Assembly (NCBI GenBank): GCA_963830495.1
Contig: CAWHMS010000001.1
Span: 637,917-701,916, forward strand
DNA length: 64,000 nt
Source of the DNA: an uncultured Actinomycetota bacterium
GTDB lineage: Bacteria; Actinomycetota; Actinomycetes; Propionibacteriales; Nocardioidaceae
Direction of reading: 5' to 3'
A program made the translations under genes and the position numbers. Below are positions 11,112 to 20,062 of the stretch, one piece after another (position 1 is the stretch's first letter; each line of letters starts with the position of its first letter). The notes beneath the pieces were generated by a model. The model saw nothing but the letters and a program-made list of their open reading frames with translations, did no database searches and was not told the DNA's origin.

Positions 11112-11927
11112 ATGCCCGACATCCCAGTCCGCTTGGGGGTGGAACTGCTGACTGCGTACGACGCGCAGCTGCGCGGGGATGCCGAGGTCGCCGGCGCCGA
11201 GATCTGGGACCACGTCGGACCGTTGTGGCGGGCGATCTTCCGGCAGAGCGGGTTCGTGAGTTACGAGAGCCTGGAGGGGGTCGGCGACGTCGCCGCCGTC
11301 GACGCGCTGATCGCCGAGACCGTCGCGTACTTCGAGGGACTCAGGGAGATCGAGCAGTTCGAGTGGAAGACGCGCGGCCACGACTGGCCGCACGACCTGG
11401 ACCAGCGGCTCCGGGCGCACGGCCTGGTGCCTGACGAGGTCGAGGCGGTCATGGTCGGCGAGGCGGCGCCCCTTGCCGTCGACGTGCACCTCCCGGACGG
11501 AGTCACCGTGCGGCGGGTTGACCACCTATCCGACCGCGACACGGTCATCGGTGAGGCGACGGCCATGCAGCGCGAGGTGTTTGGCGCCGGGCCGGCTGCC
11601 GAGGACGTCGTGGCCCGGATCGATGTGATGGACGGCTTGGAGGAGTTCTGGGTCGCGGAGGTCGATGGCCGGGTGATCAGCGCTGGCCGGCTCACCCGGG
11701 TCGCCGGCACCGAGTTCGCCGGCCTGTGGGGCGGCGCCACCCTGCCGGAGTGGCGCGGACGCGGCGTCTACCGTGCCCTCACCGCTGCCCGGGCGCACTC
11801 GGCAATCGCCCACGGCGTGCGCTACCTGCACAGCGACTGCAGCCCGATGTCGCGCCCGATCCTCGAGCGCTCCGGGTTGGTCGCGGTGACCACCACCACG
11901 CCGTACAACTGGCGCCGCGGCGGCTGA
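11112..11927 (+). CDS. GNAT family N-acetyltransferase
   Basis: AAGGAG lies 6 nt before the ATG. The C-terminal acetyl-CoA motif is WGGATLPEWRGRGVYRALTAARAHSAIAHGVRYLHSD. Confidence 0.8.
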   Translation: MPDIPVRLGVELLTAYDAQLRGDAEVAGAEIWDHVGPLWRAIFRQSGFVSYESLEGVGDVAAVDALIAETVAYFEGLREIEQFEWKTRGHDWPHDLDQRLRAHGLVPDEVEAVMVGEAAPLAVDVHLPDGVTVRRVDHLSDRDTVIGEATAMQREVFGAGPAAEDVVARIDVMDGLEEFWVAEVDGRVISAGRLTRVAGTEFAGLWGGATLPEWRGRGVYRALTAARAHSAIAHGVRYLHSDCSPMSRPILERSGLVAVTTTTPYNWRRGG

Positions 11928-12052
11928 GACGCCGATCCGCTCATTAGCGCTCGGCGGTCGTGGACGCGTCACTTCGCCGCGGGCGCGCCCGCACATTGCC
12001 CCGAGACGAAAGGTCACTCAGCAAAGCGGCGGGCTGGCGAAGTCCCTACTCC

Positions 12053-12370
12053 CTATGACGATGACGTCGTCGTGGCGAGAAGGCGTCGCGCGCGACGACC
12101 CAGGTCGCTCAGATCCACCCGACCCTCCTCAGCCGCGGCCGCCAGACGCGCGGCGAGATCCATTGCCTCGTCGAGCTCGGGTGCAGCGACGGACTCCTGG
12201 CCCATGTCGCGAAGAATCGTGATCTCTGTCCTCGACGCGATCAAGGGGTCGGCGACCCCGTCGATCCAGACACGAGTGCGGCGGCCTTCGCCGCGTTCCT
12301 CTCCGGTGATTCGCTCCAAGGCGAAGATGCGATCGGCGCGCGCGAACTTGCCGAAGCCCAACGCCACCAT
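12053..12370 (-). CDS. DUF370/RemA-like small protein with a C-terminal extension
   Basis: MVALGFGKFARADRIFALERI ... GRRTRVWIDGVADPLIASRTEITILRDM parallels RemA motifs INIGFGN.isAnRiiaiv and GRRTRavv.....vilS...peT. The middle segment is shorter than in RemA. The ATG at 12370 was chosen from this alignment. Confidence 0.5.
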   Translation of the reverse strand: MVALGFGKFARADRIFALERITGEERGEGRRTRVWIDGVADPLIASRTEITILRDMGQESVAAPELDEAMDLAARLAAAAEEGRVDLSDLGRRARRLLATTTSSS

Positions 12371-12543
12371 CCGCGATTCCGATGCCACGTAGCCATCTTG
12401 CCATTGCCCATAGACCTTTGACCTGGCGCGCAAACGCGGCTGGCCGGGTCCGTCGTACCGGGTCTCGCACCGTCGTCCTCACGTCGGCAGTCCCAGAGGC
12501 ACCGCGGTCCATGCTTCGGGGAACCTTCTCCCACCTTGTGGCT

Positions 12544-12627
12544 CTTGTCGGCAAGGTCGCGGTGGTGACCGGCGCCACAAAAGGCATCGGCCTCGCCGTG
12601 ACGAAGAGTCTGCTCGGCGCCACGGTA
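12544..12627 (+). pseudogene. short-chain dehydrogenase N-terminal (Rossmann) fragment
   Basis: LVGKVAVVTGATKGIGLAVTKSLLGATV is the SDR TGxxxGIG cofactor motif. Nothing SDR-like follows it in any frame. Confidence 0.4.
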
Positions 12628-12902
12628 CGCCAGCAACCCGTCTTGGTACGTGCTCGGCACCGAGGACCGGCCGCACAGGAATTCATGGCAGAGCGTGCCG
12701 ACGCCACCATCACCAGGGTCAAGGCGGGACACCTCAGCCTGGCGTCGCGAACCCACGTCGTGACTAAGGTGATCGAGCGGGTGGTCCACACGATGAGCGT
12801 CTATCGACAGGTGCCTGGACCAACACCGAGGGAGGGAGACATGACATCTCCGAGATCAGGCGCCGTTGTGGCGATCGCGGGCGCGTCTGAGCGTCAGCGA
12901 TG

Positions 12903-13040
12903 AACCGGGCGTACACAAAACTGCGCGTTCACCGCAGTGACGGCGCGGAGCTGAAGGTCTACCCCGGGGGTGGTCACGGGTTGCCCGACACCGACCGGGA
13001 CAGGCTGCACGCCAACCTACTCGATTTCATCAACGCCTAA
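12903..13040 (+). pseudogene. alpha/beta-hydrolase C-terminal fragment
   Basis: The frame ends ...DGAELKVYPGGGHGLPDTDRDRLHANLLDFINA*. This is a typical catalytic-His C-terminus with no body upstream. Confidence 0.45.
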
Positions 13041-13063
13041 CCCGCCAGAGAGGAAACCCCATC

Positions 13064-13897
13064 ATGAACGACACATTCCGACCCGACACGGTTGTCCTGG
13101 TCCACGGTCTGTGGGTGACCCCACGCAGCTGGGAGCACTGGGTCACCCACTACAAGGCCCGGGGAATGACGGTGCTTACTCCCGCCTACCCCGGGTTTGA
13201 GGTCGAAGTCGAGGCGCTGCGTGCCGACCCGACGCCCATCGCCGAGGCCGACATCGTGAAGACCCTCGACCATCTCATCCAGGTCGTGACATCCGTGGAG
13301 AAGCCCCCGATCATCATGGGCCACTCCTTTGGCGGCGCGCTGACTCAGATGCTCCTCGCCCGAGGACTGGGCGCCGCCGGGGTGGCCATCGACTCCGCCC
13401 CCACCGAGGGCGTTCGGGTCAACCCGGCCTCACAGATCAAGAGCCTCTTCCCGGCACTGAACAACCCCGCGAAGCGTCACAAGGCCGCCGGTTTCACCGC
13501 AAAGCAGTTCCACTATGCCTTCACCAACACCCTCGACGAGGAGGCCGCACAGGTCGCCTACGACCGCTACGCGATCCCAGCCCCAGGGCGCTGGGTCTGG
13601 GACTACGGGCTCATCGCCAACTTCAAGCCGGGTCACCAGGAGACCTGGGTCGACTACAAGAACAGCGACCGCGCCCCATTGCTGTTCATCGCCGGAGGCG
13701 AGGACCACATCATGCCGCCGGCCGTGAACAAGTCGAACTTCAAGAAGTACGCCAAGTCCAACGCGTTGACCGAGTACGTCGAGTTCGAGGGCCGCGACCA
13801 CTGGACCTGCGCAGCCCCCGGCTGGGAAGCAATCGCAGACAAGGCCCTGGACTGGGCAATTGACAACGCCCGACCAGTTGCCCGGGTCGCGTCCTAG
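13064..13897 (+). CDS. alpha/beta hydrolase
   Basis: VVLVHGLW oxyanion region, nucleophile elbow GHSFGG, and C-terminal GRDHW are present. A purine-rich RBS lies before the ATG. Confidence 0.85.
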   Translation: MNDTFRPDTVVLVHGLWVTPRSWEHWVTHYKARGMTVLTPAYPGFEVEVEALRADPTPIAEADIVKTLDHLIQVVTSVEKPPIIMGHSFGGALTQMLLARGLGAAGVAIDSAPTEGVRVNPASQIKSLFPALNNPAKRHKAAGFTAKQFHYAFTNTLDEEAAQVAYDRYAIPAPGRWVWDYGLIANFKPGHQETWVDYKNSDRAPLLFIAGGEDHIMPPAVNKSNFKKYAKSNALTEYVEFEGRDHWTCAAPGWEAIADKALDWAIDNARPVARVAS

Positions 13898-14391
13898 TGA
13901 AAACTGCTGCCCGGACCGACGATGAACTGGCGCTCTCGCTGGACCAGTGGTCCGAACCGTTGAGGGCCTTCGCGTGACCGTCTGGTTGCCCGAGACAAGA
14001 GCGAAGCGACCCGATGCTGTCGAGGGGCCTCGACTCCGCGACTGAGTCGGGCTTGCGGACATAGCTCAGGAGCTGGGGTCAGGGTGGCGCGTTCGTCGAA
14101 CGCAGTCGGGGAGTCGGTGCGCTTGCTCAGGTCGACGTAGGTCACGGAAGTTCCTCTGCTTGCGGCGTTGCTTGTGATATCAGATCAGCAGCGTGAGGCG
14201 GGGCCGACTTCGCATTGTCATAGCAGGTTCCCGCGCTGCCGGTCGCGGCGCGGTGGATGCACGCCCATCGGCCAGAGAGAGTGCGCCCGGACAGACATGA
14301 GCGGACGCTATGCCGCCGTACTGATCGCGGCAATTGAGCACGGATGCGTGCACTTTCAATTGACATTGCGGCCCCGGGGGGCGAGGGCGAA

Positions 14392-15033
14392 CTAGCGCGG
14401 CTGCTGTGACCAGCGCGCCCGCTCGAGCACTTCGCGCGTCCGCTCGGGCGAAACCCGGTGACCGGCGATGTCCTCGGGCCAGTTGGCCACCTCGGCTTCG
14501 GCCCATTCGGCCCAGGAGGCGACGAGGGCATAGAAGTCGGTGAGGAAGGCGCCGAAGAGGAGGGTGGTGGCGCGGCGCTGGTCATACAGCCCGTCTCCAT
14601 CGGCGAACTTCTCGCCGCCCTCGATGTTGCCGGCATTCACCTCCACAGCCCACGCGCGGGCTCGGGCAATGGTGGCGAGGGCGTCGTCGCGGCTGCCGTG
14701 GTCCGCAAAGACGAGTTTGACCAGGCCTTCGAACTCGAGCGTTGGGCCGTCCCCGGGGTCGGCGAGCCACTCGGCGAGCGCGCGTCGGCCGGACGGAGTG
14801 ATCGTGTACACGGTGCGCGGGCGGCGGCCGACGGCGTCCTTACGAGAGCTGGCGTACCCGCGCAGGGCGAGCTTCTTGGGCTCTTCGAACAGCTTGCTCT
14901 GTGCGCGCGGCCACGCTCGGCCGATGCTGCGGTCCATCGCCTTGGCGAGCTCGTATGTCGAGTGCGGGCGCACCGCGAGGAGGCCGAGCACGCCATACGT
15001 CGTCGTGGTGAGCCGTGGAAGTGCAGTTGACAC
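14392..15033 (-). CDS. PadR family transcriptional regulator
   Basis: GTG start preceded by GAAGGGAAG. The winged-helix region is YGVLGLLAVRPHSTYELAKAM....WPRAQSKLFEEPKKLALRGY........GRRPRTVYTITPSGRRAL. A long C-terminal PadR_C-type helical domain follows. Confidence 0.85.
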   Translation of the reverse strand: MSTALPRLTTTTYGVLGLLAVRPHSTYELAKAMDRSIGRAWPRAQSKLFEEPKKLALRGYASSRKDAVGRRPRTVYTITPSGRRALAEWLADPGDGPTLEFEGLVKLVFADHGSRDDALATIARARAWAVEVNAGNIEGGEKFADGDGLYDQRRATTLLFGAFLTDFYALVASWAEWAEAEVANWPEDIAGHRVSPERTREVLERARWSQQPR

Positions 15034-15095
15034 GATCTTCCCTTCGGGACTAAAACTAGCACATACTCTCTTTGGGACTATCTGGTGCGGAGGCG
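15034..15095. promoter_or_regulatory. divergent PadR / methyltransferase intergenic region with direct repeat T.GGGACTA (15046-15052, 15074-15080)
   Basis: The 62-bp spacer is unusually A+T-rich for this window and lies between divergent starts. The heptamer GGGACTA occurs twice, 28 nt apart. Operator function is inferred only. Confidence 0.3.
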
Positions 15096-15941
15096 ATGAT
15101 GAACGACACGGCGCTGGAGATCGACCCGCGGAACGCGGGCGTACTCCGTGAATGGGACGGTGAGCACGGCACCTACTGGGCCGAGCACGCGGCGACGTAC
15201 AACGCATCCATCGCTCGCTATCAGTCTGGGCTCCTAGCAGCGATCGGGGCGCAGCCTGGAGAGCGGATCCTAGATGTGGGGTGCGGTTCCGGTGGGCTAG
15301 CGATTGACCTGGTGCGCGGTACTCCAGGTACCACCGCGCTGGGAGTCGACCTGTCGACCGCCCAGCTCGAGGCGGCGAGACAACAGGCTGGCGAGCTGCC
15401 GGTGACGTTCGCGCAGGCCGACGCCCAGGTGCATGACTTCGGAGCACATTCCTTCGACGTGATCGCCAGCCGGACAGGGACCATGTTCTTCACCGATATG
15501 TCAATGGCATTCGCCAACCTTGCCAAGGCGACCCGACCCGGCGGTCGCTTGGTGATGCTCGTGTGGCGCGGGATCGAGGACAACGAGTGGCTCCGCGAGT
15601 TCTTCGGCGCGATCGGGAGGGTCCTGCCAATGGCTCCACCGCCGGCCGATGCCCCGGGTCCGTTCTCGCTCAGTGACCCGGATCGCGTGCGCGAACTGCT
15701 TCACGCAGCAGGCTGGGCCGATGTCGCCTTCGCCGCCGCTGACGAACTGATGTGGTTCGGGCCAGACCCGGACGCTACGACCACGTTCATGGTCGGCCAG
15801 ATGAAGTGGCTGTTCGACAAGCTCGACGACGTCGGCAAGCGGCAGGCCGAGGCGAACCTGCACGAGGTCATGGCCGCACATGCCGGCAAGGACGGCGTGC
15901 TCCTCGGGTCCGGTGCCTGGATCGTCACCGCGCGATGCTAA
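15096..15941 (+). CDS. class I SAM-dependent methyltransferase
   Basis: SAM motif I is ILDVGCGSGG. Because GGAGG is at 15089-15093, the second ATG (15099) is an equally good start. Confidence 0.85.
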   Translation: MMNDTALEIDPRNAGVLREWDGEHGTYWAEHAATYNASIARYQSGLLAAIGAQPGERILDVGCGSGGLAIDLVRGTPGTTALGVDLSTAQLEAARQQAGELPVTFAQADAQVHDFGAHSFDVIASRTGTMFFTDMSMAFANLAKATRPGGRLVMLVWRGIEDNEWLREFFGAIGRVLPMAPPPADAPGPFSLSDPDRVRELLHAAGWADVAFAAADELMWFGPDPDATTTFMVGQMKWLFDKLDDVGKRQAEANLHEVMAAHAGKDGVLLGSGAWIVTARC

Positions 15942-16015
15942 TGATGCCGCGCCGCAGACTGGCGCCTCGCGGCAGAGTCGCGAGTTGCGTGTGCAGTGCG
16001 CCCTAGCCTGTCTGC

Positions 16016-16747
16016 ATGCGACGCTTCGACGACCAGGACCTCACCGGCGCAGAGTTCCGCGAGTGCGACCTGAGTAGAGCTCGGCTGGTCGGCGTGGTCA
16101 TGCACGACGCTGAGATCGACGGCATGGTCACCAATCTCGTGGTCAACGGGGTCGAAGTCATGCCGTACGTCGAGGCGGAGCTCGACCGCCGCCACCCGGT
16201 ACGGTTGCTGATCCGCTCCGATGAGCCGGCCGACCTGCGAGAGGCCTGGCGGCAACTGCAGGACGACTGGGCCACGACCACCGAGCGAGTCCGGTCCATG
16301 CCCGAGAACAGCGAGCATCACGGCGTCGACGGTGAGTGGTCCATGGTCGAAACCCTGCGTCACCTTGTCTTCGTCCACGACTCCTGGTTCCGACGTTGCG
16401 TGCTCGGGCTGACCGAGCCGTTCACGGCAATGGGACTGGGTCCACCGTTCGTCATGGACCAGGAGGAGAACGGGCTCGACCCGTCCGCCCAACCGAGCCT
16501 CGACGAGGTGCTCGCCATGCGCAACCGGCAGGCTTCGGAGATTGAGACGTGGCTGGCCGAGGTCACGCCTGATCAGCTCGCGCAGACCGCGCCGGTGCCT
16601 GACGACGGCAGATGGCCCCCGTACGCGAAGGGGCGGGCAGTGCGGCAATGCCTCGGCACCGTGCTCGACGAGGAATGGGCTCACCACGGGTTCTGCAAAC
16701 GCGACCTGGACAAACTGTCGCGTCAGGAGTCTTCGTCGGGTTCATGA
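16016..16747 (+). CDS. pentapeptide-repeat / DinB-family fusion protein
   Basis: The N-terminus DLTGAEFRECDLSRARLVGVVMHDAEIDG has pentapeptide periodicity. The rest is DinB-like (ETLRHLVFVHDSW ... EEWAHHGF). Confidence 0.7.
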   Translation: MRRFDDQDLTGAEFRECDLSRARLVGVVMHDAEIDGMVTNLVVNGVEVMPYVEAELDRRHPVRLLIRSDEPADLREAWRQLQDDWATTTERVRSMPENSEHHGVDGEWSMVETLRHLVFVHDSWFRRCVLGLTEPFTAMGLGPPFVMDQEENGLDPSAQPSLDEVLAMRNRQASEIETWLAEVTPDQLAQTAPVPDDGRWPPYAKGRAVRQCLGTVLDEEWAHHGFCKRDLDKLSRQESSSGS

Positions 16748-16856
16748 GCGAAACTCTGAGCCTGGTGCTGCCGTCCCCTGGAGCCGTCGCGGTCGTGAGG
16801 GTACTGCTTGATTTCCTAGCGTAGGAACGCGAAGCACCGGCGGTAGTGTCGGCGGG

Positions 16857-17672
16857 GTGAAAGGCACCGAACTCCTCGGCGTGCAGAAGACCCTGAGCCC
16901 CGTCCTCAGGGCCAAAGCGCTAGATAACCGGCTGCCGGACCCGATCCTCGGCGACAAATACGCCGAGCAGGCGATGCATCGACTCGACCCCGACTACTGC
17001 AACCGCAGATTCGGCACCAGCCAGATGGGCCTCGCCGCCGTAGTGCGCGCCAAGGCCCACGACGACTGGGCTCGGAGTTTCCTCGCCGATCACCCCGACG
17101 CGGTGGTGCTGCACCTGGGCTGCGGCCTTGACGCCCGGGTGTATCGGATCGACCCGCCCGCCACCGTCGACTGGTACGACCTGGACTACCCCTCCGTCAT
17201 CGAACTGCGGCAACAATTCCTGCCGCCGCGTGAGCACTACACTCTCATCGGCTCCAGCGTCACCGAGCTGACCTGGCTGGACCGTATCCCCCGCGGCCGG
17301 CCGGTGCTGATGATCGCCGAGGGACTGGTGCCCTACCTGACCGAGACCGACGTCCAGCGGCTGCTGACCAGCGTCGTGGACGCCTTCCTCACCGGCGAAA
17401 TACAGTTCGACACAGTGTCGGTCTGGGCGTGGCGCACTTCGAAGTGGGACCCCACGCTGCGCAAGTACGGCACCAAGTTCCACTGCGACTTCAACGATCC
17501 GGCCGCGCTGGCCGATTGGCACCCGCGGCTCGAATACGTCGGCGAGGCGCCGATGAACGACTCACCGGTGCTGATGGCCAAGGCGCCCGCGAACGTACGC
17601 CGCATGTACCGCCTCATAAATCTGCTGCCGGGCATGAAACGGTCCACCCGCATCGTGCGGTTCCGGTTCTGA
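16857..17672 (+). CDS. class I SAM-dependent O-methyltransferase (Leu-carboxyl/TcmP-like family)
   Basis: VVLHLGCGLDARVYRI, DLDYPSVIELR and MIAEGLVPYL are the motifs of this methyltransferase family. The start is a GTG. Confidence 0.8.
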   Translation: MKGTELLGVQKTLSPVLRAKALDNRLPDPILGDKYAEQAMHRLDPDYCNRRFGTSQMGLAAVVRAKAHDDWARSFLADHPDAVVLHLGCGLDARVYRIDPPATVDWYDLDYPSVIELRQQFLPPREHYTLIGSSVTELTWLDRIPRGRPVLMIAEGLVPYLTETDVQRLLTSVVDAFLTGEIQFDTVSVWAWRTSKWDPTLRKYGTKFHCDFNDPAALADWHPRLEYVGEAPMNDSPVLMAKAPANVRRMYRLINLLPGMKRSTRIVRFRF

Positions 17673-17753
17673 CGCGCCGCCGTCAGCGCATACTTGAACG
17701 GCAGGGGTGAACGCGGGCGATCTGTCCCGGCTTCAGCCCGCCGAGGATCGCCT

Positions 17754-17785
17754 CGAGCCGCCATCACATATGCGATGGCGGCTCG
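17754..17785. terminator. 12-bp perfect hairpin between convergent genes
   Basis: CGAGCCGCCATC-acatatgc-GATGGCGGCTCG lies between the stop at 17672 (+) and the stop at 17813 (-). There is no U-tract. Confidence 0.45.
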
Positions 17786-17812
17786 ATGCTTAGCGTCATC
17801 TGTTGACGGTCA

Positions 17813-18883
17813 TCACGGCGCAGCCGTAATCAGGACTCCCAGCGGCTCGAAGTCGTAGACGTCGCTGTTGATCTGCAGCCCGTCCACCGCTCCGGAGTAG
17901 GCGAAGTCGGTTCCCTTGTTGAGCATGACGGTCAGTAACAGGGCGTCCGGGACCGCAGCCTGGAGCTCAGCCAGCGAGCATGTCGTCACCTGGTTACAGC
18001 CGGTGTCGTCGCCCTCGGTTCCGGAGAGCCACCATTCACCATCCGCCGCCGCCGCATCGACCTGGTGCCACCCTGGGAGTTGCGCCGGCGGGATGAAGTT
18101 CGCAGTGGTGAAGTCGACGCCTGGACCGCCGGTGAGGTTGGCATCGATCTCGAACTGGAGGTTCGGCAGGTTCGCCGGGTTCAGGGCCCGGTTCTCCCCC
18201 GTCGTGTAAACCCAGTAGTTGAGCTCGATGATGTCGGCGAGTGGCATCCCGACGAAGTCGACCTCGTTGCCGAACGCAGCCTTGTCCGTCGGGGACCCAG
18301 TCCGCATCCCGAGGCTTCCGATACCGAACGGCGGCGCGGCCGGCGGGCCGGCCGGTCCGAAGAAGACGGGACCTGCCCGTAGATACGAGTCGCCGTTACC
18401 CTCGACGTTCCGGTCGGCGATGCCCCAGTTCGGACCGCTGTACGCGGCAGCCAACGCAGCCGCACTGAGGTCAGCGGCACCGATTGATCCATCCTTGATG
18501 TCGGCCGCCGTCAGGGTGGCGTCCTTGACGTCCCCGCTGGTCAGCGTGCCCTGCTTGATGTCGGCCGCCGTCAGGGTGGCGTCCTTGACGTCCCCGCTGG
18601 TCAGCGTGCCCTGCTTGATGTCGTCCGCCGTCAGGGTGGAGTCCTTGACGTCCCCGCTGGTCAGCGTGCCCTGCTTGATGTCGTCCGCCGTCAGGGTGGA
18701 TTACTTGACGTCCCCGCTGGTCAGCGTGCCCTGCTTGATGTCGGCCGCCGTCAGAGACCCGTCTTTGACATCTTTCCCGGTGATCAGTTGGCCACCGATT
18801 GCTACGCCGCCGGCCCCCAGGACCAGGCAGACTGCCGCGGTAAGAACGATGGTAGATCCGCGGATTCCATCCTTCGGTATCAT
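17813..18883 (-). pseudogene. membrane-anchored repeat protein interrupted by one in-frame TAA (18701-18703)
   Basis: ATG at 18883 after GGGGG. TM anchor IVLTAAVCLVLGAGGVAIGG. 10/20-aa repeats follow (TLTSGDVKDATLTAADIKQG), then a 213-aa C-terminal domain, all in one frame of 357 codons. The only stop inside the frame is the TAA in repeat unit 4. Confidence 0.6.
18494..18754 (-). repeat. tandem coding repeat, 60-bp unit x about 4.35
   Basis: Sequence lines 18481-18780 align with an exact 60-nt period. Units differ only at 18558/18618-type positions (gcc/gtc) and at the codon that reads GCG, GAG or TTA on the + strand. Confidence 0.95.
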
Positions 18884-18982
18884 GACTACCCCCTGTAACT
18901 GCACCGTCACTCTGACGATGCGCCACGGACGATAGGCGCGTTCTGGGGCGATGCAAAGCATGGGGACGACGCCCACGCCGTG

Positions 18983-19130
18983 GCCGACCGCGACTGCGGC
19001 GACTTCGATTCGCAGAGCGCCGCCCAGATCTTCTACCTCAAGTCCGGTGGCCCCCCAGATCGGCCCGCACCGCCTCGACTCCGAGGGCGCCGGCATCGCC
19101 TGCGAGGCCAACCCCGCGCCGTACTACTAC
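18983..19130 (+). pseudogene. Excalibur (Ca-binding) domain remnant with a frameshift
   Basis: One frame gives DRDCGDFDSQSAAQIFYLKSGGP. The neighbouring frame gives GPHRLDSEGAGIACE. Together they make the DxDCxDFxTQxxAQ...GGP..DPhrLDxDGDGIACE Excalibur pattern. The switch is at the C6 run in ggtggccccccagatc, and there is no N-terminal body. Confidence 0.5.
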
Positions 19131-19309
19131 GGCTCCACAGCATCCTCGGCATCTGGGCACACCCCGACGAATCCTGGCTGTCACGGGGTCTGATGGCAGG
19201 CGCAAAGCCGGACAGTGGCGCCTCACCGGTCGTCGCTGCCGGTGCGAAAGTGCGGTAGATCCCTCCGTCGCGGCCGCACTGCTGGCAGGCTAAGCCGGGG
19301 AGGATCCCC

Positions 19310-20062
19310 GTGGGAGAGATGATGGCGGATGTCAACGGCTCGGTAGTGGTCGCAAGCGATGTCACGCGCGTGTACGGGGAGGGCGACACGGCGGTGCACG
19401 CACTGCGCGGCGTTTCGCTTGAGATCGACCGTCGACGGCTGACCGCCGTCATGGGACCGTCCGGCTCCGGCAAGTCGACGCTGATGCACATCCTGGCTGG
19501 CCTTGACAAGCCGACGAGCGGCGACGTTTCGATCGCGGGGACGACCATCACGACGCTCGCCGACACCGCGCTGACGAAGCTCAGGCGAACCCACATCGGG
19601 TTCGTCTTTCAGTTTTTTAATCTGCTGCCGATGCTGACGGCGAAGGAGAACATCGCACTGCCGCTGTCGATCGCCGGCGAAAAGCCCGACGAAGAGTGGT
19701 TCAAGACCCTGATTGCCAAGGTCGGCCTCACCGACCGGCTGACGCACCGACCCGCCGAACTATCGGGCGGTCAGCAGCAGCGGGTCGCCATCGCCAGAGC
19801 GCTCGCCTCCCGACCTACCGTGGTCTTCGCCGACGAGCCGACCGGGAACCTCGACTCTGGGACCAGCGGCGAGATCCTCGACCTGATGCGCGCGTCGGTT
19901 GACGAACTCGGCCAGACCACCGTCATGGTCACCCACGACCCGCGCGCCGCGGCCATCGCCGACCGGATCCTGTTCCTCGACGACGGCCTGATCGTTCGCG
20001 ACATGCCCCGCTCCGCGCCGCACGACGTGATCGAGGCGATGGAGGAGCTCACGGCTCGATGA
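19310..20062 (+). CDS. ABC transporter ATP-binding protein (MacB/LolD-type)
   Basis: Walker A GPSGSGKST, Q-loop, signature [15 protein letters not shown] and Walker B VVFADEPTGNLD are present. The start is GTG 19310 or ATG 19319/19322. Confidence 0.9.
   Translation: MGEMMADVNGSVVVASDVTRVYGEGDTAVHALRGVSLEIDRRRLTAVMGPSGSGKSTLMHILAGLDKPTSGDVSIAGTTITTLADTALTKLRRTHIGFVFQFFNLLPMLTAKENIALPLSIAGEKPDEEWFKTLIAKVGLTDRLTHRPAELSGGQQQRVAIARALASRPTVVFADEPTGNLDSGTSGEILDLMRASVDELGQTTVMVTHDPRAAAIADRILFLDDGLIVRDMPRSAPHDVIEAMEELTAR

Noticed and set aside
18494-18754. Regularly spaced 60-bp repeats considered as a CRISPR array.
   Set aside because: The units are contiguous with no unique spacers. They lie in one open reading frame that encodes a 20-aa peptide repeat.
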